DNA of 64,000 bases from Tubiluchus corallicola (GCA_030141605.1 JAQGDQ010000097.1:578400-642399); one strand, 5' to 3'. Counted from the stretch's first letter, positions 1 to 12,823 are shown. Notes: generated by a model not told the origin, from the letters alone. Program-made: numbers and translations.

Positions 1-265
1 CGTCACTTGTGCCTAAATACAATTAATGATCGTTTCTAGACTCAGCTTAGTACTTTTGCACAATAAACGATAACCTAGTTATTTTTAAATATATATTTTC
101 AAATTGTAAATATGCTTACATACGTGTCATGTGCTTGCCTTTGTAAATTTTTTGCTTGTTTTTATTAGGTTTTGTAATAACTGTTGTAATTTTAGTCGGT
201 GAGACGAAGTCCTGTGCGAACTAATGTTTTATGCACCTCAAAATCGACTTTAAATAAACTGTTTT

Positions 266-425
<160 letters not shown>

Positions 426-1943
426 GATTTCTGGCCCCTTCGATTCGGCTGATTCTAATCTTAATTAGTCTAAATGACATTTAATTTGGTGAAATTTGAA
501 ACGGAGTTTTCTTGCTGCTACATTTTCTTCTCCTAGACCTAACTGATGACAACTCGGGAAGGACAAGGCCCATTATTAGTTTCCTTAGCTACTGTTTTCT
601 CTGCACACATCATGGATGCAATGCAAAAACAGTCAGAGAGTAATTTGCAACTTATGAATAGAGACTCCATTGAAAAAAGTGCAATTAGTTGAAATTCAGC
701 TTACTCTCACTCTATAATAGCGTTATTATCATTCAAATTAGCAGCGAATTACTTCCAATCTTATCGTGTTGATGTTACTGCCTTTCAGCATCACCATTTT
801 TGTATATTTTTAACGTCAGAATAGTTGAAATTTTATCTCTTTTTCTGAATTTTAATTGTTTACTTATAATGTTTATTGCAACCAGTCTAAGAGAGAAACT
901 CCATATTTAGGGCCTACGCAATAATCACATGCTCAATGGTGCAACTTTTTTTCCATACAAAAACACTTCCTTAAGGGTAGCTTACAATAACACAATAACT
1001 TCAACTTTTGGAAAGATGTAGCGTAAGTAAAAAATTTGTAAAATTTAATATTCCTGACTATGGCGTCATTACAAGAAAGATAATAGGATCATTCATACAG
1101 ACCTATGGACTGGCAGCGCTGCCCAATGATATAATTAATGAACTGTATGTTTACTATTTCTGTCATTATGTTTTGCATTATGCAATCAACATCTTTTATC
1201 TTGTAAGCCTGTAACTTTTATTGCGTTTTATTCGTCTGTACACCGTACTTTTTAATGACCTGGCTTGTGTAATTATGTTTTGTGTCTGGGTGTGTATGTA
1301 CATATGTAAATATTTTAATAGATTCTATTATAATTTTTATAGTATGGCTGAGTTTCTAAATTGTTTTTACATGATACTATGTACTTTTAAATGTGTGAAA
1401 TAAATTTGAAATAAATAATAAATAAACTACAAATGTGCACCTCATCAAACATGATTTTATTGTGTGTACATCTTTTGATGCATCGCTAATGGTACTCAAG
1501 GAAAACTATTGTTATTAGAACTAAGTGTTTGTGTTCGACGTGAATGTTCTTTGCATACACACCTTCCTAACAAAGATGCAATCATAATCTTTTGCAATTC
1601 TTAAGCGAAAAAATCAAAACGTGGCAAGATCCACTTTTTTAAATCTTAGACAATACAAATTAATTTCTAAACGCAAATCTTTTATTAATGAAAATTCTCA
1701 CAATTAAGTAACAAGAAGAAAAAGCAGCGTTTCAAACCGTAGTTTACTGTCAGCTGAGGAGATTGAACGTGATTTTTACGCAGTGACTACAGGTCGAAGG
1801 TCACTCTTTCAAGAGCGTTAAACCGTACAGGATAACGATTTGTTTGTGTGGAGATGTATTAAAAATAATGGCGATTTTCTATCGGTAGTGTTTAATATTT
1901 CATTTTGTGCTGTACATCATTTTTTGTGCAGGGGTCTCTCGTG

Positions 1944-2140
1944 TTACAACCCACAGGCTTTGATCAGAGAATGAAATCTGTTGGAGATATGTAAGTGTAC
2001 TATTTAGTATTTGCCTTGTTTGCTTGTCGCAGTGTTGATTTATATATGTTTTTTACACTGTCTTTTTATCTAGGTGATTGTTGTGTGAACATGACGTTAG
2101 CTATGTCAAAACGTTGCAGATATTGTGTCTGAATAAAAGG
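1944..2140 (+). mobile_element. Possible decayed Penelope-like element 3' end
   Basis: TTACAACCCACAGGCTTTGATCAGAGA reads LQPTGFDQR, resembling the L.P.GLN.R end of PLE GIY-YIG endonucleases. It is followed by a degenerate hammerhead-like motif (TGAACATGAC..GTCAAAACGTTG, ~2086..2116) and AATAAA at 2132. Confidence 0.3.
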
Positions 2141-2855
2141 CATATCTTTTCTTAAGTAGGCACGTCATTTTTATTTTAAGAATTAGTTTTCCCATCACAA
2201 ATCACTAGTTGCGCATAAGTAATACATAGGTAAATTTAGTATATAACACAAAATTCCTTTTTTGAAAAAAAATTAAAATTTAAAAGTTAGTAACATTTTG
2301 TTTGAAATCGTACCAAGAGCGGAGGGGGCTATATCTCTCGTTAAAATCCCTTGTAGTCCTACACATAATATCAAGTAAATAATTGTACATGTAGTTAAGT
2401 ATTACTAATTATGCAATTTATGCCTAATAAACACTAGTCAATCAATATATAATTTTTACGGTTTTCTAACTTGCTTTAGAAATTTTTTGTTGGGGTTATC
2501 TGAGCAACCAACGGTTAAAGAATAACATTACTCCTCGAGGGCTCTTGAAAAAGTTTCTAAAGCAGGTTGCAAGTTTCCACATCAAGAAATATCATTGTGC
2601 CTGTTTCCACGTACGCTAGGTTTTACTATTATTTTACTGTAGAGCCAATTTATATCACTCTTAGCTAAACAATGTCGTACTGTACATCACAGATACCGCG
2701 AAAACGTGAACTGCTTGGTGTAAAAATATTAATATGTTTTTTATATAAATATTGTTTAAAAGTTACTTCTCTGAGGACAGATATAAGTTAAAATTATGCG
2801 AAGGTCTTTAAATGTTCTTCTGTAAATGGGTGCTTTGCTAAATACAATATTGTTG

Positions 2856-3222
2856 CAGATGGTAAGAAAACAATGTGCCTCGCTGTCTCCAAGGCTGCTA
2901 TTTGATGACGTCAATGGAGTATGCAACTAAACTTTTACTGGTCTATAAATCTGTGTTTCTAACTCGAACCTTCGTGATGCTTGAACTTTACATGGCACCT
3001 GGCAGAAAGATTGGACGTCAGATGGATACCTAGCGAAATGTAATACTGTCTCAGATGATAAGAATACAGTGTGCCTCCACTGTCTCCAACGCTGTCATTT
3101 TGATGACGTTAGTGGTTAATGCAATTAAACTCTTCTGTTCCATGTCTCCGATTCTAACTATAGCGACGCTCGAAGTTTACATGGTACCTAGAAAAAAGAC
3201 TGGACATTACAGAGATTGCCTG
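2856..3222 (+). repeat. Diverged tandem duplication, ~196-bp unit x2
   Basis: CAGATGGTAAGAAAACAATGTGCCTC...TTTACATGGCACCTGGCAGAAAGATTGGAC (from 2856) aligns with CAGATGATAAGAATACAGTGTGCCTC...TTTACATGGTACCTAGAAAAAAGACTGGAC (from 3052). Confidence 0.85.
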
Positions 3223-3737
3223 TGGTTTCGAAAATTAGTTATTTTCTTTGTTACACCAATTCCAGAAAGTACAGGCCTAAAACGCACAATGAAAAGGAAT
3301 GAAGATTCGTTCACAAACTAGAACACCAGAATGTACTTTTATTGTACTGTCAAAATGCGGAACTCGAATTTCCTCACTGTACTTAAAGTGGTTTGAACCC
3401 CACAGTCTTCCCCTGCCCCTACCGTTCTCGTATTTAAATGCTGGATCTTTGTAACTGGGCCTAACAACTGTTTAGTTTTTACATTAGGTGCTTGTGCATT
3501 TATTGCTTCATAGCCAGTGTGGGTTTTATTTGCACGGTTATATACAGGGATTTTACGTAGGCCCATTAAATTTTTCAATATTAAAATTTCATTGTTATAC
3601 ATGTTAAAAATATAAAAATTAATCTAATTAGTTAGAATCAATCTAGTGTGAGCTATCAAACATTGGAAATGTTGGACTTGGTCGACCAGCTATAAGAGAT
3701 GAACTTTGAGCCGGCTTGAACATTACGGAATACAGAG

Positions 3738-3795
3738 GGTACTGGTCTAAGTAAGCTTGTAAGCAGAAAGTACATGGTTCAAATCTAGGCCGTAT
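3738..3795 (+). mobile_element. Possible tRNA-derived SINE head remnant
   Basis: D-arm/A-box-like TGGTCTAAG (3743) and B-box-like GGTTCAAATC (3776) at tRNA-like spacing. No intact cloverleaf. Confidence 0.3.
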
Positions 3796-5947
3796 TCCAA
3801 CTTTTTCACATTTCCAATTTCTCAAGTTTGGTATTAAAATTTAATTAATTACGTGTTTGCAACATTTCTGCACGTAATTATTTCTTTGCTTACTTAAAGG
3901 CGCCATATTCCATCACAGCAGCATCACGTTGACATCCTTAAAAACGCTAAGTATTTTCTCAACAAACTGGCCAAAAATACAACAACGTTTTGCTAAGCAT
4001 TATTATCAATAAATCCCGATCACATAACGAATCTCAAATTACTGTGTGATATCAAACAAGACTACCAAAGATCATAAACATGCTATTTTTTTCTGGTCAC
4101 TAGTTAAAAGTCAGTTTAACAGTAGACTATTTATTACATTGAAAAATAATCTACGTCAGGTGGATTTATAAACGATTAACGTTAACTTCATTGCTGCTAG
4201 AACATCATAATGTTTTACTGACAGCAAAAAATTAAAATTTACCATAAGGGGTACAACAGTTAACACGGCTGTCCGGAATTCAGAGGCATTGGGTTCACGT
4301 CACAGCTGGCACCATGAGATCCCCCCCCCTCAGTTTAACAATACTTAGCTGTTGCTATCGATATATTAGAACTATATTATGATATTAAAATCAGTCAGTT
4401 AGAACTGGATTAACTATTTAAAGCATGTTTCAGCACTATTTCAGCATGTCTCCACGTATGTGAACTTTTAATAAGTTGATGACCGAAACGATATTAATCA
4501 AAGCTAGTGTGAATGATTTAATGAAATTATGCAGACATTTACCGTGCTACTTGCACAAAAATATTCAAACGTCCAGTCAATGTAATTCCGTCACCTCATT
4601 TCAGTTGCCAAATGAAGTTGGACTGATCCCCTTCTTCTGTCTCTTTCTTGGGTTTACAAATTACTGAAACTATCACCTATTCGTAGTGACTACAGGTACG
4701 TTTCAGATGAAAAAAGGTACGTTTGTATGCTTAAGATATTACTCTTCTCAGGGCAAACAAATAAACGCAAACAAATCATTATTAAAAAATACTATGACCT
4801 AGTGAAGCGGAACTTATCCTGTTCTTTCCCCTCAACAGCGGAAGTAGAATTGTGGAAAAGAAAGCACTAAAGAATCATGTAATACGTCCGAGGATGTTTA
4901 TCTAACTGGTAAAATGCCAGAAAGTGTTACAACGTATTGTTGTCGAAAATCGCGGAAAACCAAGAGCTAGCATGGTGTAGGACAAACCACCTCCTCGGCG
5001 TGAATGGATCCGCCCGGGAACAGTTTCATGCTACCCCTGCCGGAACACGAAGCCGTGTAGGAAAGGAGAGCTGGCATTTCCCGTGTGGGATATCATTAGG
5101 TATCGATGTCAACTTTACGAGATCAACTGCACTGTTAGACCGGCGGGTGGTCGCCTTCTCCTTATAAACAGAAGCGAGAAGGGAACTGGGTAAGCTTGCT
5201 GTGACTCACACACCAACCCTCAAAAATCTCCACCCCAAATCCGCAAGATATGCACGGCTAATCTTCGCGAAAGGAACGATGTTATTGGCGTTACTGTTGC
5301 AATATAGTAACGCTTTACGAAGCGGTCTTTTCATCATAACATCAATTAACATCTCATAATAGATTAAGCTGGCAGAATCTGCTACCGTAAATGGGGAGCA
5401 TAATTAACGCCGTTGCTTTGCACGCGCTGCATCAACTGATGCGCTTTTTTCGTGTAAATTCATCTCTGCTACTTAACCAGCTAATATATGCGACTGAAAA
5501 AAGCAGACCAGATTGGATAATCTGGGCCATTGTGCGTCCAAGTTCTATGGGCAATCTAAAGTGAACAATTCAGTGTAGCTGGCCAGTTTGCATCCTACGT
5601 GTATGTGCAAAGCCCCGGGCGCAAAACCGTCTTCGTCAGTTAAGGTTTTCACTTATTCAGACACTCACAAAAAGCCCAAAGAACGTGCCAAGTAGAGCTA
5701 CAAATACGAGCAAGCAGACGCTACGGACGCAGGTTTCCTTACGCTAGATTTATTGTGTATATTCTGATATATAATCGACGAGCATAATTTCAGTAAAGAT
5801 TTAGAAAAGGCAGTTCACGGGTTTATGGCTCAAATAGCAAAAAGAAAAACGATTTAATTTTAATGATGTTTAGTTTGAAAGGCTTATTACAATGATGATC
5901 AAGATATATTGTTGATAAGCTTAATTGTGACGGCGTTATTGTTTTTA

Positions 5948-6040
5948 ATAATGATGATGGTGAGGAGGAGGATGATGATGATGAGGGGGATAAGGAGGAG
6001 GAAGAGGAGGAGGAGACGACGACGAATGATAATGATGATG
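5948..6040. repeat. (GAT)/(GAG)/(GAC) compound trinucleotide low-complexity tract
   Basis: Directly visible. Confidence 0.85.
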
Positions 6041-6837
6041 GTCCCATGTATAAGAATCTCATAGCGACCCACGTAAAACATGCACAGTTACTATTGAGAA
6101 AAACTAGTGATGTCAAAAAATTTCACGTAAAATAAAATTTCATGAACTTTTTTCACCATAGAGGGTTTCTAAGAAAAGCAACTTTTGGCATATCGCAATT
6201 ATAATGCTCCGCTTTTAACTCTAGAACGTGATTTTTACTATCAGTAATGTCTAAACGATACTTTATTGAATTATAAAACAAAATGAAATATAAAACACAA
6301 AGATAAACAAATATAACAAATGATACCGTTCGTATTTGCAGGCATCGTGACCTATAACATGTTGTGGTTACTGATTTTGGCCAGGTAGGCTGATTGACAC
6401 AAAACAATTGTACATAGATGATTTGTTTGTTATTCTTACGACTGCATAAAGTTTATATGATTATCAGATCTGCACAGTTCACCGATGCCTATACACGAAT
6501 CTTCTTTCTTCATATTGTAAGCATCTACTGCAGACCGGCTGCACTTGTACAGCAGAAAATGCTTGTGAGTTTTCCATCTGAAATCAACAACTTTGAAACT
6601 TATATGAAACATCTGTGTGTAAGCCCTGCCCCATGAGAGCAATATGTGCGAGTTGCATTAGGTTTTGTACAAATGTAAGCCGTCACCATGTACTGCGACC
6701 TTGTCATGTTCCTTTTAGACTTTAATGTTTGTATATGTCTGTTTTGATATTAAGAAGATGTTCGCTTTTTACTGGCAACGAGACTGTGATGGTAAGAGTT
6801 GTGAAATGTGGCAAACGGACTAGAAGTGCTGGCGTAG

Positions 6838-6967
6838 GGATGATAATGATAATGACAATGATGATTATGATGATGATGATGATGATGAGGTTGATGTTAA
6901 TGATGACGGCGATGACGATGACGACGATGACGACGACGACGACGAGAATGATGATGATGATAATGGA

Positions 6968-7007
<40 letters not shown>

Positions 7008-7082
7008 ATGATAAAGACGACGACGACGTTGATAATGATAAGGGGCAGTGTGAAATGTCTCCGATATCGGGATGATGATGAA
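6838..7082. repeat. (GAT)n/(GAC)n/(GCT)n compound microsatellite
   Basis: Directly visible; it generates the poly-M/S/H/Q ORFs in the track. Confidence 0.9.
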
Positions 7083-8479
7083 GTGAAACAATTGTGAAAT
7101 GCGACAAAACTGCAAAGAAAGTTCAGCAACGGAGATGGATAAATTTTGATTATTTAGTGACATAGAGAGAGGTGGTCACCCAAGTTTAAAGGTCACTTCT
7201 TTTCGAAACTTAGACACTCTGAAGTTTGGAAAATTGATAAGAGTGATAAGCGGCAAAGAGATCTAGTGTATGGTTCATATTATTATTCGTTTTCTTCAAG
7301 TCAGTGGGCATGGCTGGCAGGAGCCAAAATGTAAAGTATGTAATACCAAATTTGATAACTTTTCCAAATGACACTTTCAAATTACAGTCTGGCCTCAATT
7401 TAATTTTATAAAACGTTGGTGTTTTATTTAGCCCATATTAATCGATAATTCAAAAGTCTCGACCCAACAGGTAAGGTCCTTGGGAAAAGTTGAGTTGACT
7501 TCAATCTAAGCTTTTACTAGCAAACACAAACCTGCCATTCTATTATTGGGTAACCAAGCTTGCTAAGGCATCTAACAGAGATGAGGTAACCTGAAAAAAA
7601 CATAGGGCATGTCTTGTTAATTAGAAAAGTTTTATAAATAAAAGTGTTACCAATGAGTTTACAGATTGATAAAATAATATTACTCTTGTAAATATATAAA
7701 TTTTAATATAAAAGCTGGAGAAAAAGGTTTTGACTCTCTTGCGGCTATGACAGTATTTGTTGCAACTGATATTGTTGAAACAAAAATAACAAAAATATTT
7801 AACACATAATGTTACGAGACATGGTAGTAGGCCTATAAATGAATTATGTAACGTAATCATTTAAGGTTTGTTCATATTAGATACGTGTTAAATATTCAGA
7901 CAATGATTATATAAATAATTTTGTTGACAATTCGTCTTTAGTTTTTTTTCATTATTTTGTATATTGTATACATATTAAGCCACTCTGTAAGTGTTACTCA
8001 GTTATAAATTTAATGTTTTGTAATACTTGCAGAAAAATTTATGGAGCGTTACAGGAAGTTTATACCTAGTTATGCATTTAATAATATTACTCAACTAAAT
8101 GGGTTCTTTATTTATTCAGTCAATGTTGTTCAGTCAACGCACAACATTTATAGTTAGTATGATTACGTATAATAAACTGTTATATAACATTACACAATGG
8201 TACGCCATGTAACTCATTTAACTTTCTGTTTTAAACAAACAACACAGTATCTGGTTAAAATATAAAACACGACATTAAAGAAAAAAATGAGCAATTTGGA
8301 ATTTGAAGGACCAATAACAGTTTTCTTACAAACTTTGATGTATCATGTCTGTTTTGCATTTTTATACACTACATGAATTACATATTCATCACTAAATTAT
8401 AAAATAAAAGGGTTTTCAGTTTTCCTCAAATTCAAGTTGGTAAAATTCATATAACAGAATTTAAGCCTGTCAGAACTGC

Positions 8480-8630
8480 AGACGTCAGTCATCTGTGAAA
8501 CCAGCTGGGGTGAGCGATGCAGTATTCACATCCACTCTCAAAAGTTCACATAGCAGCGTGCTAATTGGCGGAGGCGAGCTAGGAGGCGTGGCCAACTCTT
8601 GGCGAACATCTCTAGACAGTTTATATTGAC
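8480..8630 (+). promoter_or_regulatory. Putative FoxC proximal promoter
   Basis: Sharp rise in GC content upstream of the CDS, with CRE-like GACGTCA (8481), reverse CCAAT ATTGG (8564), Sp/KLF-type GGCGTGG (8585) and TATA-like TTTATATT (8620) in plausible order. Confidence 0.55.
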
Positions 8631-8767
8631 GATTTGTGTTGTTCTACGAGTTAGAACATTTATCTTGTGTTTGCGTCCGCATGGGCAGAGCTGGAATATA
8701 CAGATCTGAGTGTTCTGAGTTTGCCGGATTTGCTGCTTGTGACTATTTGCAAAAACGCAACGCTGTG

Positions 8768-10258
8768 ATGCAAGTGGGCTATCCGTCGTATACTACCAGC
8801 AGCCCAAGTCCAAGCGGCTTGGGCGGCATACCACCGATCGCTTACGATCAGACGTACTACAGGCAAAGTTACAGCAGTATGGCTGCCATGAATCCAGGTA
8901 TGACAGGTATGTCCACCATGGGAATGGGTTCCATGTATCCTCAGGACCACTACGGCACTATGGCAACTGCTAGATCGTACGCCAATCCTTATGGAGCACA
9001 ACTGGGTAACCATGCGCAAGCAAAAGACATGGTCAAGCCACCTTACAGTTACATCGCTCTCATTGCAATGGCCATCCAAAATGCTCCAGAAAAGAAGATA
9101 ACTTTGAATGGGATTTATAGCTTCATCATGGACAGGTTCCCTTTTTACAGGAATAACAAGCAGGGATGGCAGAATTCCATACGCCATAATCTTTCCCTGA
9201 ATGATTGCTTCATCAAGGTGCCTAGGGATGATAAGAAACCTGGAAAAGGAAGCTACTGGACTCTTGATCCTGAAAGTTTGAACATGTTTGATAATGGTAG
9301 CTACCTGAGGCGACGGAGGCGGTTTAAAAAGGCTAAACAGGACGCGTTAAGAGAAAAAGAAGCAGGCGAATTGAGAAATTACTCTGATAAAGTGATGAAG
9401 CAATCAGATGATGTAGCCAACAGTCCTGAACGCAATGGGGACTTGAATGACATCAAAGACTCTAGTAACTGTGTTTATCGCACGCCATCCGAACGTCAAT
9501 CTAGTGAAACGGACGCAAGACGTTCGCTGACCGAAAGCCCTGTTCTCACCGAGAACTCGCAAGAACCAAACGCTGTGACAAAATTAGAACCTTTGGACAT
9601 TAAAGCCACTGAATTGTCATCGTGTATGAAGACGGAGAATAAGGCAATGCAACAGACGACCTTATTAGAGGAGGCACAAGCAGTAAGTGATTTTTCTGTT
9701 GAAAATATTATGACAGCAAGCAGCGCCGGGGACACAACAGGGGTAACAACTACACCCTCTCGCAGTGAACATTACATGATGAGCGGGTATATGTCCCGTG
9801 ATGGAGGTGTGTACTCGTCTCCCTGTATACAGGGAGGCAATAATCTCAGTTATCAGTGCAGTGCCCAGGGTTATGGCGCGGACAGTAGGCTGTACAGCCA
9901 CCATTCTGTAGACAGAAACAGTAGCTCGGCCGCCCAACACATGAGCATCGTCCCAAGCCCAATTGAGGATGGGCAAGTCATGACACAATTGCAAAGTAGT
10001 CAGTTGAGTCAGTCCATGCTTTCTCAACATCAACCGTACATACGCAGCGCTGGGAATCCCTGGTACGCGGAATCGACGGCCAGATCTTCTGATCCGACTG
10101 CTGGGACGTACTCCATGTATGACACAAGCAGATACCTTCAGGTGATGAACCAAGCTGCTGGTGACCCCCTAAATCCATCAGCAGCCTGCCAAGTTGGGAT
10201 GAGATCTCCCTATAGGACGTCCTCTACTGCCTATCCTTATGACTGCAATAAATTTTGA
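8768..10258 (+). CDS. FoxC: Forkhead box protein, FoxC subfamily (FoxC1/FoxC2/crocodile orthologue), single exon, 496 aa from ATG 8768
   Basis: Uninterrupted ORF. The forkhead domain [83 protein letters not shown]...LRRRRRFKK (~9035..9331) has FoxC-typical residues. There is an eh1-like motif FSVENIM (9692..9712), and the C-terminus YDCNKF resembles vertebrate FOXC1 YDCSKF. Start set at MQVGY by analogy to the FoxC MQARY start; an in-frame ATG also exists at 8681, and the track start at 8636 is a GTG. Confidence 0.96.
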   Translation: MQVGYPSYTTSSPSPSGLGGIPPIAYDQTYYRQSYSSMAAMNPGMTGMSTMGMGSMYPQDHYGTMATARSYANPYGAQLGNHAQAKDMVKPPYSYIALIAMAIQNAPEKKITLNGIYSFIMDRFPFYRNNKQGWQNSIRHNLSLNDCFIKVPRDDKKPGKGSYWTLDPESLNMFDNGSYLRRRRRFKKAKQDALREKEAGELRNYSDKVMKQSDDVANSPERNGDLNDIKDSSNCVYRTPSERQSSETDARRSLTESPVLTENSQEPNAVTKLEPLDIKATELSSCMKTENKAMQQTTLLEEAQAVSDFSVENIMTASSAGDTTGVTTTPSRSEHYMMSGYMSRDGGVYSSPCIQGGNNLSYQCSAQGYGADSRLYSHHSVDRNSSSAAQHMSIVPSPIEDGQVMTQLQSSQLSQSMLSQHQPYIRSAGNPWYAESTARSSDPTAGTYSMYDTSRYLQVMNQAAGDPLNPSAACQVGMRSPYRTSSTAYPYDCNKF

Positions 10259-10330
10259 CATGAGGATAAGTTGAATTTTTGAATATTTTCATTGTCTTTA
10301 ACTAAACCAAAACTAATCCTTTATGCAGCA

Positions 10331-10639
10331 GTAAATAAATGTCAATAGTTAATATTTTCGTTATGATTAACCTATTCTTTGTTATTTTCATTTTTCGTTT
10401 TGAGATATGCTAAGGCAACAGTTAAAGTAAAACCTATAACTTTAAAGGCAGCATTTCTCTAATGTAATTAAAAACAGCAACGGATGACAACAAGAAAGAT
10501 TTTAATAATTTATTCCTGCATAATATATCATCACTTACAGCATGGTATTAGTAAAATATTTTTAAAACGCGCACTTTAGCGCACTAAGGTGATCATCTAT
10601 TGCAGCAATTGTTCTTGCAAAGTGTCTTTGATAAATAAA
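10331..10639 (+). terminator. Candidate FoxC polyadenylation signals (AATAAA at 10334 and 10634)
   Basis: Canonical hexamers downstream of the stop in an AT-rich 3' region. The site actually used is unknown, and the hexamer is common at this AT content. Confidence 0.35.
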
Positions 10640-12147
10640 AAACGTCAAATAATTATGTGAGTGGTGTTAAAAAAGCGAATGCAGTTTCAGTCAATCTCGG
10701 CCGACGTTGGCTAGTGCATTTTACTTAGCTTAACCAGAAACCAGGCAACATTCGCTTGTGCTCATATTTAAACAAAATTATTTGCTGTTTTACTGTGCAA
10801 ACTTATTGCTGTGAAATTATTAAATCGTATAAACTTTAAACTAATTAGATTGAATCATTGCTAATTTTACCGAGTCGTTTTCAAACAGCCCAGTTTTATA
10901 GCGCGTTAAAATGCGTTTAGTGCTTCCCCCACACACGCTGTTCAGCGTTTAACACTAAATTCGTATAAACGATGTCCTAATTGTAGCAAACGGCTTTATG
11001 TCTTCCTTAAATTTTCATGGTAGTAAATGTTGCTTAACACATGAAATATATCTTCCTATCCAGCTGGCCCGACGCGTCTCTCCCACTTCGAAAGTCCATA
11101 ATGTTTTAGGTTTGCACATATTTGATTATTTTATTATACATTCATTCTTTATTGCATATAAAATGTCTGTTTGACGAGCTAACAACTTCCATTTTTAGAT
11201 AAATATGTTGGTTTTCTTTTAAAAATTATTTTACTGATAAAGTGCAGTAGTTTGTCTAAGAATAAGGCTATGTGCATGTACAAGCGCGTCGTAAATTTAT
11301 TCGAATATATTTTGTAAAAAGTTGCAGAAACACCAAAATAATTGCGCTTTCTTTAGGGAAAAAAATTGCTGTATTTGTTTTAATAAAGTTAATTTTTTTC
11401 CTAAAATTAAAATTAAAAAAAATTTCCTCATTTTTGAAGAATCGAACGCTAAAAATTTAGCAGGTTTTTTTGTCTTTCTTTGAGGGAGAAATTCTTTTTT
11501 ACTTCTTTTCCTAATGGTGTAAAAAATAAGAGAATTTTTTTACTAAAACATAGTTGCCTTGATATATTTTTCTTGCACTAAAACAACTTAAACTTTACAT
11601 TCTTATTTGTAATATTTCTTCGTCTTTCTAATTTGAGTTTTGATTACTTCATACATGTTGGGTTACGTCTGGCCTAATGATGGTAAACACCAGGCTTCGC
11701 GAGTCGCTCGATTCACAACGACAATAAAAATTGTTTTCAGAAGAAACAAACAACTGATATTGGCCACTTGAAGAATTCTCCCAACCTATGCGCAGATTCT
11801 GAGAGTGCGCTTGCTGTATTTATTTGCAATGAAAGCATCCAGTATATTTACTAATGGATTCAATTTGTTTTCTCCGCTAAGGTGGTGAGGCTCGCTTGAA
11901 TAATATTTTAGTTTTCCTAGATAAATTTTGCAAATAATCCCAAAGCAGGAAAAACATAGAAACAGTTGAAAACGCGGGTTATCTCTACGCGGATGTCAGA
12001 CATTAAAATTTTCACACATTTCTAAGACCCACACGCACACAGAGAGCTTAGCCGCTTGAAATAAATTGTACATTAATTAATAAAAAAATAATTTTCGCAA
12101 TTTACAATTATGATCTTTTACAGATTCGTACCCGATACGATTGTTCT

Positions 12148-12823
12148 TAAACTAAGAGACAAGTCATTTTTTTATAAACGTTTTTTCATTGTTTTTTCAA
12201 TTAAGATTTCAGACATCTGTTACACGTTTGGCTTCTACAATATGATTTGCTTTGTCTATATCAACTAAGATATAATTTATTTCTAAATAATAATTTTTTA
12301 CTTATACTTATTTATTTAAGAAATCTTACAATTAAAAAAACAAAGAAAGAGAGAAAAGCAACGTCTCAAAGTGCCACGCAGTTTATCTTCAAGTGAAAAA
12401 TGGTAGATTTGTATTTTTCATGACAAACAAACAGTAATATTATGCGGCTTATTTAATTTATTATAAATGTGACGCTATCTAAGCTCACAAGAGCCCATCT
12501 CTAACCACTTAGTACCATTATACGTGTAAAATGTGGGTAAATAGCTTGCAATGATAAAAATAATATTAAAAACCATATGAAGAATTCAAACGAAAGTAAT
12601 GTTGATATTTTTGTCTAAAAGGCTATATATTTTTTTGTTTTAAACATCTAATTTAGTTGAAATAGAAACAAAATAAATTAAAAATCATTTTTCGTAAACT
12701 AAGAGACAAGTGATTTTTATAAACGTGTTTTCATTGTTTTTTCAATTAAGATTTCAGACATCAGTTATATGTTTCTACAATATGATTTGCTTTGTCTATA
12801 TCACCTAAGATACAATTTATTTC
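12148..12823 (+). repeat. ~135-bp direct repeat pair (12148..12283 and 12695..12823)
   Basis: TAAACTAAGAGACAAGT...CTACAATATGATTTGCTTTGTCTATATCA.CTAAGATA.AATTTATTTC occurs twice with a few substitutions and indels. Confidence 0.9.

Noticed and set aside
3738-3795. Functional tRNA gene
   Set aside because: Only box-like fragments are present, and the acceptor and anticodon stems cannot be formed.
6722-7163. Poly-Q/H/S/M ORFs resembling transcription-factor low-complexity regions
   Set aside because: Produced by trinucleotide microsatellites that are open in several frames. The same applies to ORFs at 199, 5823, 23683, 23892, 28345, 39156 and 52246.
8636-8680. Track ORF start at 8636 (540 aa)
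   Set aside because: It begins at GTG near the presumed core promoter. Eukaryotic initiation is expected at ATG 8768, or possibly 8681.
8660-10178. Antisense ORFs overlapping FoxC (175, 79, 162 and 66 aa)
   Set aside because: Shadow ORFs of a GC-richer coding strand, with no recognisable domains.
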